Assembly (NCBI GenBank): GCA_965235115.1
Contig: OZ249451.1
Location: 10,292,001-10,356,000, forward strand
Direction: 5' to 3'
DNA from: Laetmonice hystrix
Lineage: Eukaryota
DNA: 64,000 nt
In this document: positions 24,593 to 37,063 of the stretch, piece by piece
Layout of the letters: the number at the start of each line of letters is the position of its first letter
Numbering within the stretch: the stretch's first letter is position 1
Notes under the pieces: model-generated
The model's input: the letters and a program-made list of their open reading frames with translations, nothing else
The model's database searches: none
What the model was told of the DNA's origin: nothing
Program-made: the position numbers and the translations under genes

Positions 24593-27500
24593 ATGAGCAC
24601 TATGACGTTTCATTGGATGGTTGGGGCCGCGTTCCTCCTCATCGCATACAACGCATGCGCAGATCCCATTCAAAGTGAGTAGTCTTCTTCTTCTTCTTCT
24701 TCTTCTTCTTCTCCTTCTCCTTCTTCTTCTTGACATATTTAGAGACCAACATGCTTTCAAAGATGTAAGAAGTACCATGATTGTAAAATAATGGCCCTGG
24801 TTGATATATATATAACATTTTATGGAAACAGGAAACAAACTAAGTGACGATGAGATCGAAACTTTGCTCCGACGGGTCATCGGAGGTCAAAAGGTCAAAG
24901 AAGGGGCGTGGCCGTGGCTCGTGTCACTCAAGGTACTGCAACCAATCAGAATTATGGCAACAATCCACGGATGTAAACAAACTATACCAGTTCTGTTGCA
25001 AAAGATCGTATACGCAGTTTTCACTTGTTTCCGTTCGGATATAAAATATTATTAAGATTACTGGAAACGGACGGACGTACGTACCTGAAGTTACACAGGA
25101 CCGTGTGTGTTACCGTTTGTAATTACAAAAGTACGGAAATATTCGACTTGGAATACTTATTACCGATCGGAGCCTCTGTCTCACCTCTCCCCCATAGGCT
25201 AAGATTCCCACCAGGACGTTTTTTGGGGTTGGTTATCGACACTCGACCTACTATTGTGGAGCATCCCTCATTAATAAACGATGGATCCTGACGGCGGCAC
25301 ACTGCGTCGTTCATCCGGAACTCCGGTACGTCTTCTCTATACTGCGCATGTGCATGGATATTTCGCAACTGAACTCTTTACTCCGGAAAGGAACACACGA
25401 AATGTCACTCAAATAATCACTAGGCTCACATCTTCTGAGGCTCACATCTGCTGAGGCTCACATCTGCTGAGGCTCACATCTGCTGAGGCTCACATCTGCT
25501 GAGGCTCACATCTACTGAGGCTCACATCTTCTGAGCACAAGTTGTATTTTGTATGGCGAGTATACTTGTAGCATGCCCTCGATATTCGATAAATTATTTG
25601 GTTGTCAATCGTATCTATCACATATTTTTATACTGCAGTGGCAAAGGACCAGTTGCCAAGTATTACGAGGCACGACTTGGTGACAAGGATCTGGAGGTAA
25701 ACTAGATTATGGTACGACTTGGTGACAAGGATCTGATTACGATCGGATCTGATCTGAAAACTAGATTATGGTTAAACTCCCAAATCCCTTTTACCGAGGA
25801 AAACACTCCAAGTATACTTATTAGATTATTACAACACTAAATACTATATAAATATTATACTAATTTTGAAGAATGCGGTATTTTTGTTTTCAGTCATCAG
25901 TTTGGGAGGATTTTAAGGGTTTCATCGGAGATATTTTCAACAAAGACAGCTGGAAGGACTGGGTGATTAAGGCTGAGAAGATTATAGTTCATCCCAAGTA
26001 CAACCCCTCTCGTAAGTACTACTTTCCACCACACACGACGTTCAACAGATGCACGCCCTAGTATAATATTATATTTCAAAAACGATACGAAGGGGAAGAT
26101 GGGATGAACAAGAAGATAGGGGCTTATACTCAGCATATAGACTTTTGAACCTGCTTGGGCAATGGTACCCTTAAGTGGCCCTGAATCAAGGGATATTAGA
26201 TTGAGTTTGCCCTATAGCTTCCTTAAATCTGAATATCTTTCGGCACATATATATAGACCTTTGCTTAAAGCGATCGATGTGCTATTTATAGACGCAGTTC
26301 CTATGCTGTAGCGACTACCAAGAGAAGATAGGAAATTGGATACTAATAAATCTAGATATTGTTACTGTTTTCCACAGAAAAGTGGTTGAACGACATAGCT
26401 CTGGTCAAACTGAGCGAGGACGTGCCAAGCCAGCCGGATAATGTCGAGGACATCCAGGAGGTGGCGCTGGCGGAGCAGGGTGACGTCACCTTCCCCAGTG
26501 ACGGGCAGCAGTGTATCTTCAAGGGATGGGGCTGCAGGGCTCACGGTACGAACCCTGTTTAGAGAGTAAATCTGTGTAATCCCAACCCTCATTCAAATAT
26601 AAATAGGCCTACCCTGGGGGCCTAACCGAGGGGTGACCGAGGACTGTTGACTTCCCATGAACCCTTGCTGGAGTAATGACTAGGCAAAATCATCTCCAAG
26701 GCCTTAAATTTCGTGACGTGAACGCCTTATTATTGTTAACTTGAGGAGAAGTTCTCGTTTTTTAAAAGTGAAAGTTTGTATTCCCAGAAATATATCATTT
26801 TTTTCTTCTGGACTTGCCAATAATCAGGGCTGGATTCACACAGACTAGATTATCTAGGCCTAAATGCTGTTTAAGAAATTTGGCAAGGAAAGGTAGGCCT
26901 ACTTAACCAGACTGCCTGGGGAGCCGAATGAGTAGTTGTCAACATAGCTCGTGTGGAGTTACTTCTAATCACTAAAACATGTAGGCCTATTTGAGAAGAG
27001 GACCACGTGAATGATGTGAAATATTTCTACGCGCTTGAGCGATAATTAGTGTAATGACCGTGGTGTTGCAGGGAAGGGTGTTTCGGGCACTGCCTTCCAG
27101 GTGGCGCTGCCCAAAGTAAGCGACAGAAGCTGTGCCCGACTGTGGAACATTGACACGACGACCCGTCTCTGTGCAGGACATGACCTTGGAGGCAAAGGAA
27201 TCTGTTCGGTCAGTACCAGCGGAGGTTTACCTGTAGTGGGGGGGGGGGGCTTCTTCCTTACTTAATTTAAATTAGGCCTACTATAATGTAGCTATATGCA
27301 ACGAGCAATATCGACATGAATTGCTTCCAATGCTGCAATTTTTAAGGTGCAAGATAACGCTAAAAGGAGAATGAACAGCAACACGTATAGGCCTAGGCCT
27401 ACCTACACGCCATTATATCATAGACGTAAACGTCTATGATTATATGCATAAATACATGTAAGAAATCTCAGTATTCTCATTTGTATCCAACAGGGGGACA

Positions 27501-27655
27501 GTGGAGGCCCTCTGGTGTGTAAGAAGGGAAACAAATGGGTGCAGGTCGGGATCGCCTCGTTTACGGCAGCGGATGCACCAGAAAGTTACCCAGGAGCCTT
27601 CACGCGGGTCAGCCACTACACAGACTGGATCAAGAATACGATCAAGAAAAACTGA
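24593..27655 (+). CDS. Secreted S1A (chymotrypsin-like) serine protease, ~317 aa, 8 exons
   Basis: Exons 24593-24674, 24832-24932, 25198-25325, 25639-25696, 25894-26011, 26378-26545, 27072-27208 and 27494-27655. Signal peptide; activation site RR|VIGG; catalytic TAAHC, NDIAL and GDSGGP all intact. Confidence 0.95.
24683..24732. repeat. (CTT)n microsatellite in protease intron 1
   Basis: tcttcttcttcttc tract; source of the poly-Arg spurious ORF 24290-24880. Confidence 0.9.
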
Positions 27656-28249
27656 CGACATAATAATAATAATCGAAGTCAGGGAAAATACAACAGCTAT
27701 ATCATGTACTTTAAGTGAGCAATAACGGTAATATGGGCTCTTTTGTGATCATAATAATTGTGCAATACTACCGTCTAGAGATTTCGGGAAGGGTTATCTT
27801 ACAAACCAAATCTTAAGGCGGGCAATGATATTTGAAGGCTGGTGTAGGGTCCATTTGTTCTAGGTCAATGAAAGGGATGTACAATCTACGGCAGCTCCTA
27901 GAGTATGACTGACCATTGCAGGGAACGTTCTGTGATATTGAAATATCGTAGGCTTTGAAATAACCATCTCATCGATCACTTTATATGCATCCAGGATCTC
28001 TGTATTATGGTGAGCATAACAAACTTGTCGAACTTTGATGTTAAAGTAAACACCGACTATCTCTCATTTCAAGGACTAGAAAATGCATCCATTTGTAGGT
28101 TAGATAAGGCATTATACTACATTTATCAATAGGGCCTATACACCATTATCAGGATTTGGGAGGTGTCCCTCTTTGTCGCCAGGGGGCAGTGTAGATTCAG
28201 CGCCTCCAAGGAGAGAATAACCGGACAATATACGAATAAAAATATATAC

Positions 28250-28470
28250 CAATGGAAATGGAGAAACTAATGAACTGCAACATTCCAGTTGCCTGCTGTG
28301 GTTATGAAGCGATCGTCTTATGACTGGTTGTTGACAAAATCGTTGACCTGGCATTGATTTGAACAGCCAATGAAATTCATCGGGCGATGAACCGATGAAT
28401 TTCATTGGCTGTTGAAGTCAATGCCAGGTCAACACCCAGCCATAAGACGATCGCTACATGGTAACAACAG
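28250..28470. mobile_element. Palindromic MITE-like repeat related to 16855-17170
   Basis: gacctggcattgatttgaacagccaatgaaattcatcgg...ccgatgaatttcattggctgttgaagtcaatgccaggtc hairpin. Confidence 0.6.
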
Positions 28471-28878
28471 GCCCCTGTTAGCGGCGTGTTACGCATGCGA
28501 GAAAAATCATCAACAGTGATTCGCTCATTGTTAAACTTCACTTTTCAAAAAACGCATAATAAAGGAAGCGTGTAGCGCATGTCTTTACGATTCAACAGTG
28601 GTTGAGTTATTTTTGTTTTCACATTTATTAGATATACTTCCATTCTAGTAGGTGGTTATATCTCAATTTGAAAGCTTCTTCCACGATAACTGCAAAACCA
28701 GCAAACAACTGGTAGCAGGGCCAATTTTAAGATCTTGCTTGAGCTTAGGCTTAACGCTTCTGATTGGCTGGCCTGCATCAACCAGCCAATGAGAGGCATT
28801 TAATTAAAACTTCAGTAATATCTGTTTAAAAACTGGACACAGGCTCGAAATGACAGCATTCGAGTTGTTGAAGGTCCC

Positions 28879-29889
28879 TTACAGCTGCGTTGTCCGGACT
28901 AACTGGTGATGGCCAACCTCCTTCGTTGTGCAGCGAGTGTCAAAAAACAGCACCAGTATTCTTCAAAAGATCAAAATATAGCAACTTACATCAAAATTAT
29001 CACTTATGTTATTTAGAAGAAGAAAATAAGGGTACCGTTGGAGGTTGGCCCCTACAGTCGTTTTTGTTCGGCATAATTCAACATCAAAAGGGTAGAATAC
29101 ACACTCCCTGACATATCTGGGTATCAGCACAAACACTTATCCCTACCTTACCCTCTAGATTTAACAGGGCATGAAAAATATCATATTTCGGGGTGAATTT
29201 AATGCCAAATACAATTTCCTTTAGATAATTTGGATGGAACATTCGTACACGTTCACATACCTTTCTCGGTCAACATGGAGCTGGTTTATAAGAAAATCTG
29301 CAAACTTTTGTCCAACATCTCGTTTTGTCTTCTCGTCTATCGTCTCGCTGGAGTGGTGGATTTCCAGGTTGACCATAGTTTCCCGTGTTCCGTTTCGTAT
29401 CATCAGAACAGACGGGTGCAGCTCGACCAAGGTCAACTGATCACATGGCAAGGTCAAAATGAGATGGTAAAGACGTGTGACATGGATAAATATATGTCAC
29501 TGGGTGTTTTCGTGCCACTTCATTCCACTTTTTTTTATAACCAACAGCTGCATCACTGGGGTTTAAATAAATTGAAGTTTGAAATTTAAAGTTTATTCCT
29601 GTATCAAAAGTGTCAAAAGCATTTAAAAACAGCAGGTCCAAAATCAATAGCTTTTTGTCAAGGAAAGGGAATGTCGTTCCTTACGATCTGATAAAGAAAT
29701 GCATCCACACCAGCATCACGTGAACAAGATGCAGACGGCCATTACGTGAAAACAAGACACTAAAGTTCTTCATAAACTTACCGACTTTTTGCAATTGAAC
29801 ACATCCGTGGTTACGTTAGAAAGCCTTTCCATAAAGTCCCTTGGTATATTCTCCTGAAGTAAGTTAGTCCTGACTACAGCAAGCGGCAT
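28879..29889 (-). CDS. MIF: Macrophage migration inhibitory factor / D-dopachrome tautomerase-like protein, 121 aa
   Basis: Exons 29889-29782 (MPLAVVRTNL...CKKS), 29436-29261 and 28960-28879 (RILVLFFDTRCTTKEVG...). N-terminal Met-Pro; three exons with phases 0 and 2 as in the MIF family; a divergent member. Confidence 0.88.
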
Positions 29890-31402
29890 GGCAGTGTCCT
29901 CTAGTAAAGCCTTGTGTGTGTAGAATAGTGCCTGAAGTATTCCAGTTGGTAGATCGCGAATTGAGCAGGTACGCTCATGGAAATGTCCTCTCAATGTCGG
30001 GATATCCGATGGAACCGTGGTTCTACATTATACAGTGAATAATCAATGCTGTGGCCTTGGTTGGTCCTCCATTGTCCCGAGTTAATCATGTCCCTGTCTG
30101 CTGCCAGTGGGAGTTTGGTTGTGGAAGGTTTGACCCTGGGCCAGACGAGTACCTCCAGACGTATCCGATGACAGGGTCCTAGTTTTTAATTTCAGTGGTG
30201 TATCCAGTTCGAACAACGCAAGGTGGATTCAGTTTCCGGCATATAAAACTCACAAAGTAAGCCATCTCTGGTGGCCAGTTAGGGCTGCTTTGAATCCCTA
30301 ACCCCATTTTATTGCAATATACAATATACAGAAGTAAATCTCAATTATTATCCGTCTAACGTGCTTGGATCTGAACTTTAGCTGAACACTTGGCCTCTCA
30401 TTTTGAATGTAAATATAATCTCGGTTACACGTCCAATTCCTCATGCATGGAAAGGACACAGGTCTGGGAGAGACAAGTAGGCCTATATATATACAGCATC
30501 AATTGAACACCAAGCGGGGTGTGTTTGTATGTGTGTTTGCCTATTGTACAAAATGGTCATGCATCTTCATAGCGCTTTGTAACAGGACTGAGAAAGTTAC
30601 CTCGATCTTGCAACAGTTTCCTATGAAATGACCAAAATTGATCCTATATATATTCCTATTATTTTGGTTTGAAAATTTCTATATTCCTATTATATTCTTT
30701 TATTAAACTGCTGGACACCCTGACAATGTGAAAAAGAACAACTAACTTTGATATTAAATTTTATTTTATTATACCAATAAATGATGAATCCATAAATATG
30801 TCTAGTAAACCAGTAGACATATTTATATATAACTATAACCAGTAATTCCTTAGCATATCCATAAAGCTTGGGTCAATATGAATAAAAAAAATTAATTCAT
30901 CATGATTTTTGAGAAGCTCTCTCTCTCACTGGACTATATGAGTGAGTGGTGTGTACATCGGGGGCTTACAGTACGTCCCGTCAGCAGTATTGTTGCCATA
31001 GGTGAGAATTCAACATTCCATTTGTTCAGACATGGGACTTCTAGTCGGGGTCGGGGGGAGGGGCATGAACTTGGAGGTAGTTGCCTTGGTACTGTGTGTC
31101 ATGAACTGACTGACTTTAGGCATTTTGTCAGCCTTGAACCCATTTTTGTCGACCTTACCTGGTGGACCCCGTGTTTTTTTTCAAAATGCTGGATTCGTTT
31201 TTGTATTAGGCGAAATAGATCTACAGTGATATGATAGAGCGATATAATCTATATGATTGCTCCTGACGTAGATCTACTACTAAATGTTTTCAAGGTTAGT
31301 GAAGGTTATAATAATTCATGATGCACGTATAGAATGACGTCACTATGGGGCGGGGTGGGGGTAGGTTGTCATGCGATGACGTATGCCATCTTACAGGAAG
31401 TA

Positions 31403-34400
31403 TTACGTCATGTTGACGAAGGCGAGAGAGACGCACAGAAAGATGGCGGCCCCCACAGCGCCCAGGACGAGGAGTGTCACGTGAACTACACTGACCCGGG
31501 TTGACCCGCTAGGGTTTCCTGTCCCGGCATCCTGCACGCTCAGCGTTCCTTTCGTACCTGAGGGATCCGGTTCGCTCGCCACACCTGGAGTAGAGAGAAA
31601 TCAGAGGTGAAGCAAGATCTGAAGTTTTTACAAACTGGGTCCTGGCCTATCATCATGTGCTCCACACGGAAGAACTGATTATCTGGTTGCGAAAATGATA
31701 GGCCTACTTACGGTCGTTACGACACCGGACGATTTCAAGGACGATGTCCCATATCACATAGAATACAAGCCACAGCGACACGATGATCGTACCGTTCGTA
31801 CGCAAACTGTCATCCAGCAGTTTGAGACGCAAAGCAATGAAGATGCAAATAACTGAAATAAAACCAATCAATAGGGTGTGCAAGTGGGTCAAGAAAGAAT
31901 AGCCGTATTTGGTCCTAATGTTGTCGTAATCTCGTCACTTTAGCATTGTAATCAATTCCGAATCCCATAGGAGCCGGCAACTGTCAATTTTTTAATATTA
32001 TTATTTCATGGTTAGGGGGGTTTTAATTTTTGTATACCTTACAAAACAAGAGCACCAACCTATTTTACGTATGAAAGAATACTTTTCATTTTCTAGATGT
32101 TTCTAGAACAATGTTAAATCAATCGGGAAATTGTGACGTAACGATCGTTTACTTTAGGTACCTTTGTGACGCGTTTCGTTTAGGTACCTTTGTGACGCGT
32201 TTCGAGGCTATATCTCTGCTCATTTACATATATCTAGGACACGAGACTTGATGGTAGTAGGCTATATTCTCAATCAACTGACGGCACCAAACAAGGGGGC
32301 GTGGTCTAATGGAAGACCACACATACCTGCACATGTCCACCCGATAAGACCCCCAAGGCGGTGTATCCAGTTAAAGATAGGTCTGCGAGGGTGTGTGATT
32401 CCAGGCCGGAGTAACCCCTCCAGGATCTGAATGACGCCCATACCGACAGCAACCAATCCAAACGCTCCGTGTATAGTGGCGTGCTGCAGTATGAAAGGAC
32501 ATTATTCATTGGCTACTTGTAGGCGTATGGGGACAGCAGTGTGTGGGGATACGGGAAAAAGCTGCGTTAACTTATTTAATAATGAGTTTCATGGGGCTCA
32601 GAGGCCTCTGCTGCATCTGGGTCAAGGGATCCCCCTCCCCTTTACCTAATAAGGAAATGGAGACGTGACTTACGTCTCTCCAGCCACGGTTGTAGGCCAG
32701 AATGAGGATTACCCCAGTCATCGATATGATAAACATTAGCAGCATGGACGCGCGATGAACCTGAAATGTTTACAACCAAATATTAACTTTCCTCCGTGCT
32801 ACGGTATCCGGTATCTGCCCACAGAAACGCAGATATCAATGTAGAGCTACTTTAAATATTATAACCCCGCGCTTGACCTGCTAAAACAACCCTCTCCCAG
32901 TTGGTAATCTTCATCCACAGAGGGTACACATAACTTTCTATAGACTGGGTCAGGATCTCGTCGCCACCAGATGTCGCGCCAGTTTACTTTGAAGCCTACC
33001 TGGAACCACCATGCGGCTCCACACACGTGACGACTGAGCGTCGGCCGATAGTGTCGGGCGATTATTGCTGCCACCGCTGCGAGCGTCATCCAGGAGGCGA
33101 GTCCTAAGGACGCTGTAACCGGAAATGCCGGCGTTCACCGAGGGAAACCGTGATTGATTGTTCAGGCCTGCTGATATTTTGACCTATTCGGGTTTAACTT
33201 TTTCACTTCTCGAAAGCGAACAATGATAAATACAAGCCTTTCCGTGGGATTTTTCTTGAGACAATTTGAGGCCTATCAATCGCAAAAAGTGAATCTCCAT
33301 GGCTAATGGATGTGGTCACGCATCATTTCCTATCCTATGATACCGTGTGTACAAACAAATAGACATCAATCACTACGTAACCAGGGCCCAGTTTTCCGTA
33401 AGCTTAGAGTCTAAGCTTAAGGGTTCTGATTGGTTGTTCTCAGCAGACCATCCAATCAGAAGCGTTAGGCTATTAGGTTTAAGCATGAACTGAAGTTTTG
33501 AAAAAGCTTGCCACGGTCTCTTACCATGAGCTCTCAATGCCGGGTACAAAGATCGTGCCCGTACGATCTCTGACGTCACCAACTTGACCTTCCGGTTTGA
33601 GATGAGTGGCAACGCGTCGTGTTTCTGGGGGTCATCACTTCCTGTTGTACAAAGATGTAGGTGAAATTGGAGAAATACCTTAGTTACAGTGACTGAAATA
33701 ACAGTTACAACGGTTTTCTTTTCAATATTACGGCAGAAGTAAAATTTTCCTTCAGCATAAGATTTGGGTCTCGCCTACAGCCGAACTCTACAGGAAGTAC
33801 CGTATCCTAGTTTTCTCTAAAACTAGATCAATCAGGGAGATTTTATAACATTTGCATGGAGAGGTCAGGGGAGAGGGCAGAAGGATTGTGGATTTTGACC
33901 ACTTTTAGGTCCTACAGATCGACATACAAGACCGATTTGGGAAATCACGGACTTAGTCTTTACCTTCATAAACGTATCCGGTTGCTAGGAAAAGGTACCA
34001 ATCATCGTTCAGATCAAACGGAACGGCGATAGCTTGGGGCGGATTGACGCCGCCATTGACGTTTATAACGTCCATCCTCATTGGTCGAGTGAAGCGACAC
34101 GTGACTCGGTCACCGGAACGGTCTACCTGAAGGTTCGTCATTCCGACCTGGAATTTCGTCAACAATAGTAACATGTTGCATGTCATGAAAATCAAATCAA
34201 AATGCAGGAAATGGCACTCTGAAGGTATATTTGACTACTAAAAATTATCCTAAACTACTCAAAAAGTGTCTCATTCAGTGCTTTCACTACCAGGACAGTA
34301 GGCTGGAAACTCTGTATTCAATATGTCTTATACAAATACAAATGTTTTTTTTCCAATGCACACAGAAATAATTTTAGTGTGAGCGGCTTGAATGCTAATC

Positions 34401-37063
34401 AAATAGTGCATAGTTATGTACCGTGGCACGCATACTTACCACAGGTCGTCGGCTATGATGGAAGGCAGGCAGGAAACCATTCTGTATGCTCCTAATATCG
34501 CCTATTGCCACACAGGTCACCGTTTGGGCTATCGGCTGAAGGTAATTATAATTACGCTGAGTACGCAGGCCTTCTTTCATGTCGGTTCGTCATGAATAAA
34601 ATCTACAAATCTCTTACATGGGACGTAGTAACCAAGGTAGTCCAAGGTCCATATAGTTCTTATAATAGGCCTTTGCTATAAACTTCTGCCTCTATTAGTT
34701 GACGATTTAATATTTATTTATTCATTAATATAACTACATCCCTCACAGTTCGTCGTCATTGTGATTGAAGTTTTATTTCAGCTCTACCGATTCCAAATAG
34801 TTTTCTATTTTCAAATCATTCCATGAGTGGTTGATTCAGGAGAGCGTAACCAAGCCTACCATGGCTGTATCCATGGAGATACCGAACGATACGTATCCAG
34901 GAGTAACCGCCGTTACCTCGATGTCAACACTCGATCCTGATTGGTCAGGTTTGAAAGATACAGCATACCGGCAGTCGTTCCCGGTACACCAATCAGGATA
35001 CAGGAGACAACCTTTCGTTCGGCCACATTCGCCATCCAGTGATAGCGCTGGCGAGATCGTACCAGAAACCTACAAACGCAAACATGTGAAAAGAAACGGA
35101 GAAATAGAAATGAAACTGAGACTTACAAATTGTTTTCCACAAACTGATTCATATACAGATTGCAGAATTGTGAAAAGGGACGAAATCCGACATGGAAAAC
35201 AGGCAAAATTTGGGCCCAGCGCGAAACCCAAACCAAACGAACAGGCATGACCTCAGAACTGTAAGCCATTAGGACAAATTTACCCAGATCCATTGAATGC
35301 GGCCAACCATACCTGATAGGGGTGTGGGGTAATGGAATTGTCTGGTTGAGTGGCCTGCAGTATAGCCTCGATCCCGTTCAGCCAGAACTTCTCGTAGTGC
35401 TCCACCACGGTGGCTCTTCAATATTCAAACGATCAGCTACGAAATTATTAAAACCGCCCCCTACTCTCGGCAATTTGCGCGTTGCCAATTATACATATAT
35501 AATATATCTGTTACATATATGCACACAATGACCTAGATCATATATACATGTATACTAGTAGTAGATTTATGTCTCCATGGTAAGTACTAAGCATATACAA
35601 CATGCATTAGGGTCATGTCACATTGACGTTATCAATACTATTGAACTGGGTTGGTGGGATTCACTGACCGGAAAATGAGATCTCCTCGAGAGACGCCTGG
35701 AGCTTGCCAGGAAACAGTTACCGACTTCCGGTTCGCCGGGTACATGTGAGTAACACAGTTCTAGACATGGAAAAGAGAAAAATGAAATTCAAAACACATT
35801 AATCGGATTATAAAACGTCGTACATGCTTTAAATAATATGAATAGATTCTTTTAGTGAATGATTGAAAACGTGATTTGTGTAGATTCTGTATATGGGGGT
35901 ATGTCTGACCATATCCGCTGCATTCAAAAGTATTTTATGCATGCACATAATTCTCTTGTTTCTCATGCATATTGCAAGAAGGTTTATTTTACTGTAGATT
36001 AGATTATATAAGATCTTCCTGTCTTATGAAATGTTGTTATGTACTATATTCTATTAATTCTGAANNNNNNNNNNNNNNNNNNNNNNNNNNNNNNNNNNNN
36101 NNNNNNNNNNNNNNNNNNNNNNNNNNNNNNNNNNNNNNNNNNNNNNNNNNNNNNNNNNNNNNNNNNNNNNNNNNNNNNNNNNNNNNNNNNNNNNNNAGGG
36201 TGGCTCCTGTCCCGCAAGAGCCTGTGAGTCCGCCCCTCACGTAGAAATCCTCACATTGATCCTGGGTAGGTTGGTAGTAATGGGCCAGAAGAATACACCC
36301 TTTATCCCCTCTGGGACGGCAATAAACTCGCCCATCAGATCTTCATTTTGACGCTGGTGCTGCAGAGCTCGGAGGACAAGTCCCCTAATCTCCGCCCCAG
36401 ATACTGACGTGATGGTCACTGGAAATGTACAAAAAATATCATTAGATTCTTATCGGAAATAACCCTTCATAGAACTCCGAGAAGTTTAGCAGAGAAAAAT
36501 GAACTTGGGGATTTGTTTTGGTGGGGAAGGCTTGAAGGCCCTCTGTATACTTTGAACGCCGTGTCGTAGAGAGTTGGATATCGGTCCCAAGTCGGTTGAG
36601 TGTTCTATATGTGGGGAACTATGTTCTGGGCGGAGGTACACTTCCGGTGCAGCCCGGGCTGTGCGAGGCGGCCTTGAGCAGAGTATCATGGTTATTTATA
36701 GAACAGTCAACCGACTTGGGACGGATATCCAGGGGGCGCCACTCTCTTCGATACGGCATTCAAAGTATACAGTGGACCTTTAATTCCAATCACAGCCAAA
36801 CTGATGTATTTGGCTATGTGTTGTAAAGTTTTTGGTCATGCTATTTCAGAAAGAGACATGTCCAGCTGCGCATGCTCACCTGTGATGACGTCACTGGGGT
36901 TGTAGGTTGGCTGAGAGAGTCGGAGTTCATACGGTGCTTTCGTTGTCTGCCGCTGGGCGCCACTGTGGTGGGGAACTCCACTAATGCATGTCGACGCCGG
37001 CGCTCCAGTGGGGAAACTCTGAACTAGACAAAATAATAAAACATGTTTTGTCAGTGTTTTCAT
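31403..37063 (-). CDS. FRRS1: Ferric-chelate reductase 1-like (signal peptide, reeler, DOMON, cytochrome b561), ~609 aa, 13 coding exons
   Basis: Exons 37063-36880, 36418-36255, 35760-35669, 35415-35313, 35069-34860, 34535-34440, 34147-33964, 33641-33525, 33112-33000, 32760-32674, 32483-32327, 31852-31712 and 31584-31403, all phase-compatible. Reeler VTH...VSWQAP; CGRTKGC; DOMON Met (SMDTAM) and His (QKH); four b561 His (RAHG, QVHR, IHG, WIHR). Confidence 0.93.
33380..33515. mobile_element. Short MITE with cagggcc termini and central ctgattgg/ccaatcag palindrome (relatives at ~28715-28845 and ~62155-62337)
   Basis: accagggcccagttttccgtaagcttaga...tctgattggttgttctcagcagaccatccaatcaga. Confidence 0.5.
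36065..36196. other. Assembly gap (N run) within FRRS1 intron 2
   Basis: 132 N bases; the gene model is phase-complete without sequence from the gap. Confidence 1.
36540..36778. mobile_element. MITE with ~70-bp inverted arms in FRRS1 intron 1
   Basis: ctgtatactttgaacgccgt...cccaagtcggttgagtgttctata pairs with tatagaacagtcaaccgacttggg...acggcattcaaagtatacag. Confidence 0.7.

Noticed and set aside
24290-24880. 196-aa minus-strand ORF with poly-Arg
   Set aside because: Produced by the (CTT)n microsatellite, antisense to protease exons.
34831-35250. 139-aa plus-strand ORF
   Set aside because: Antisense to an FRRS1 DOMON exon.
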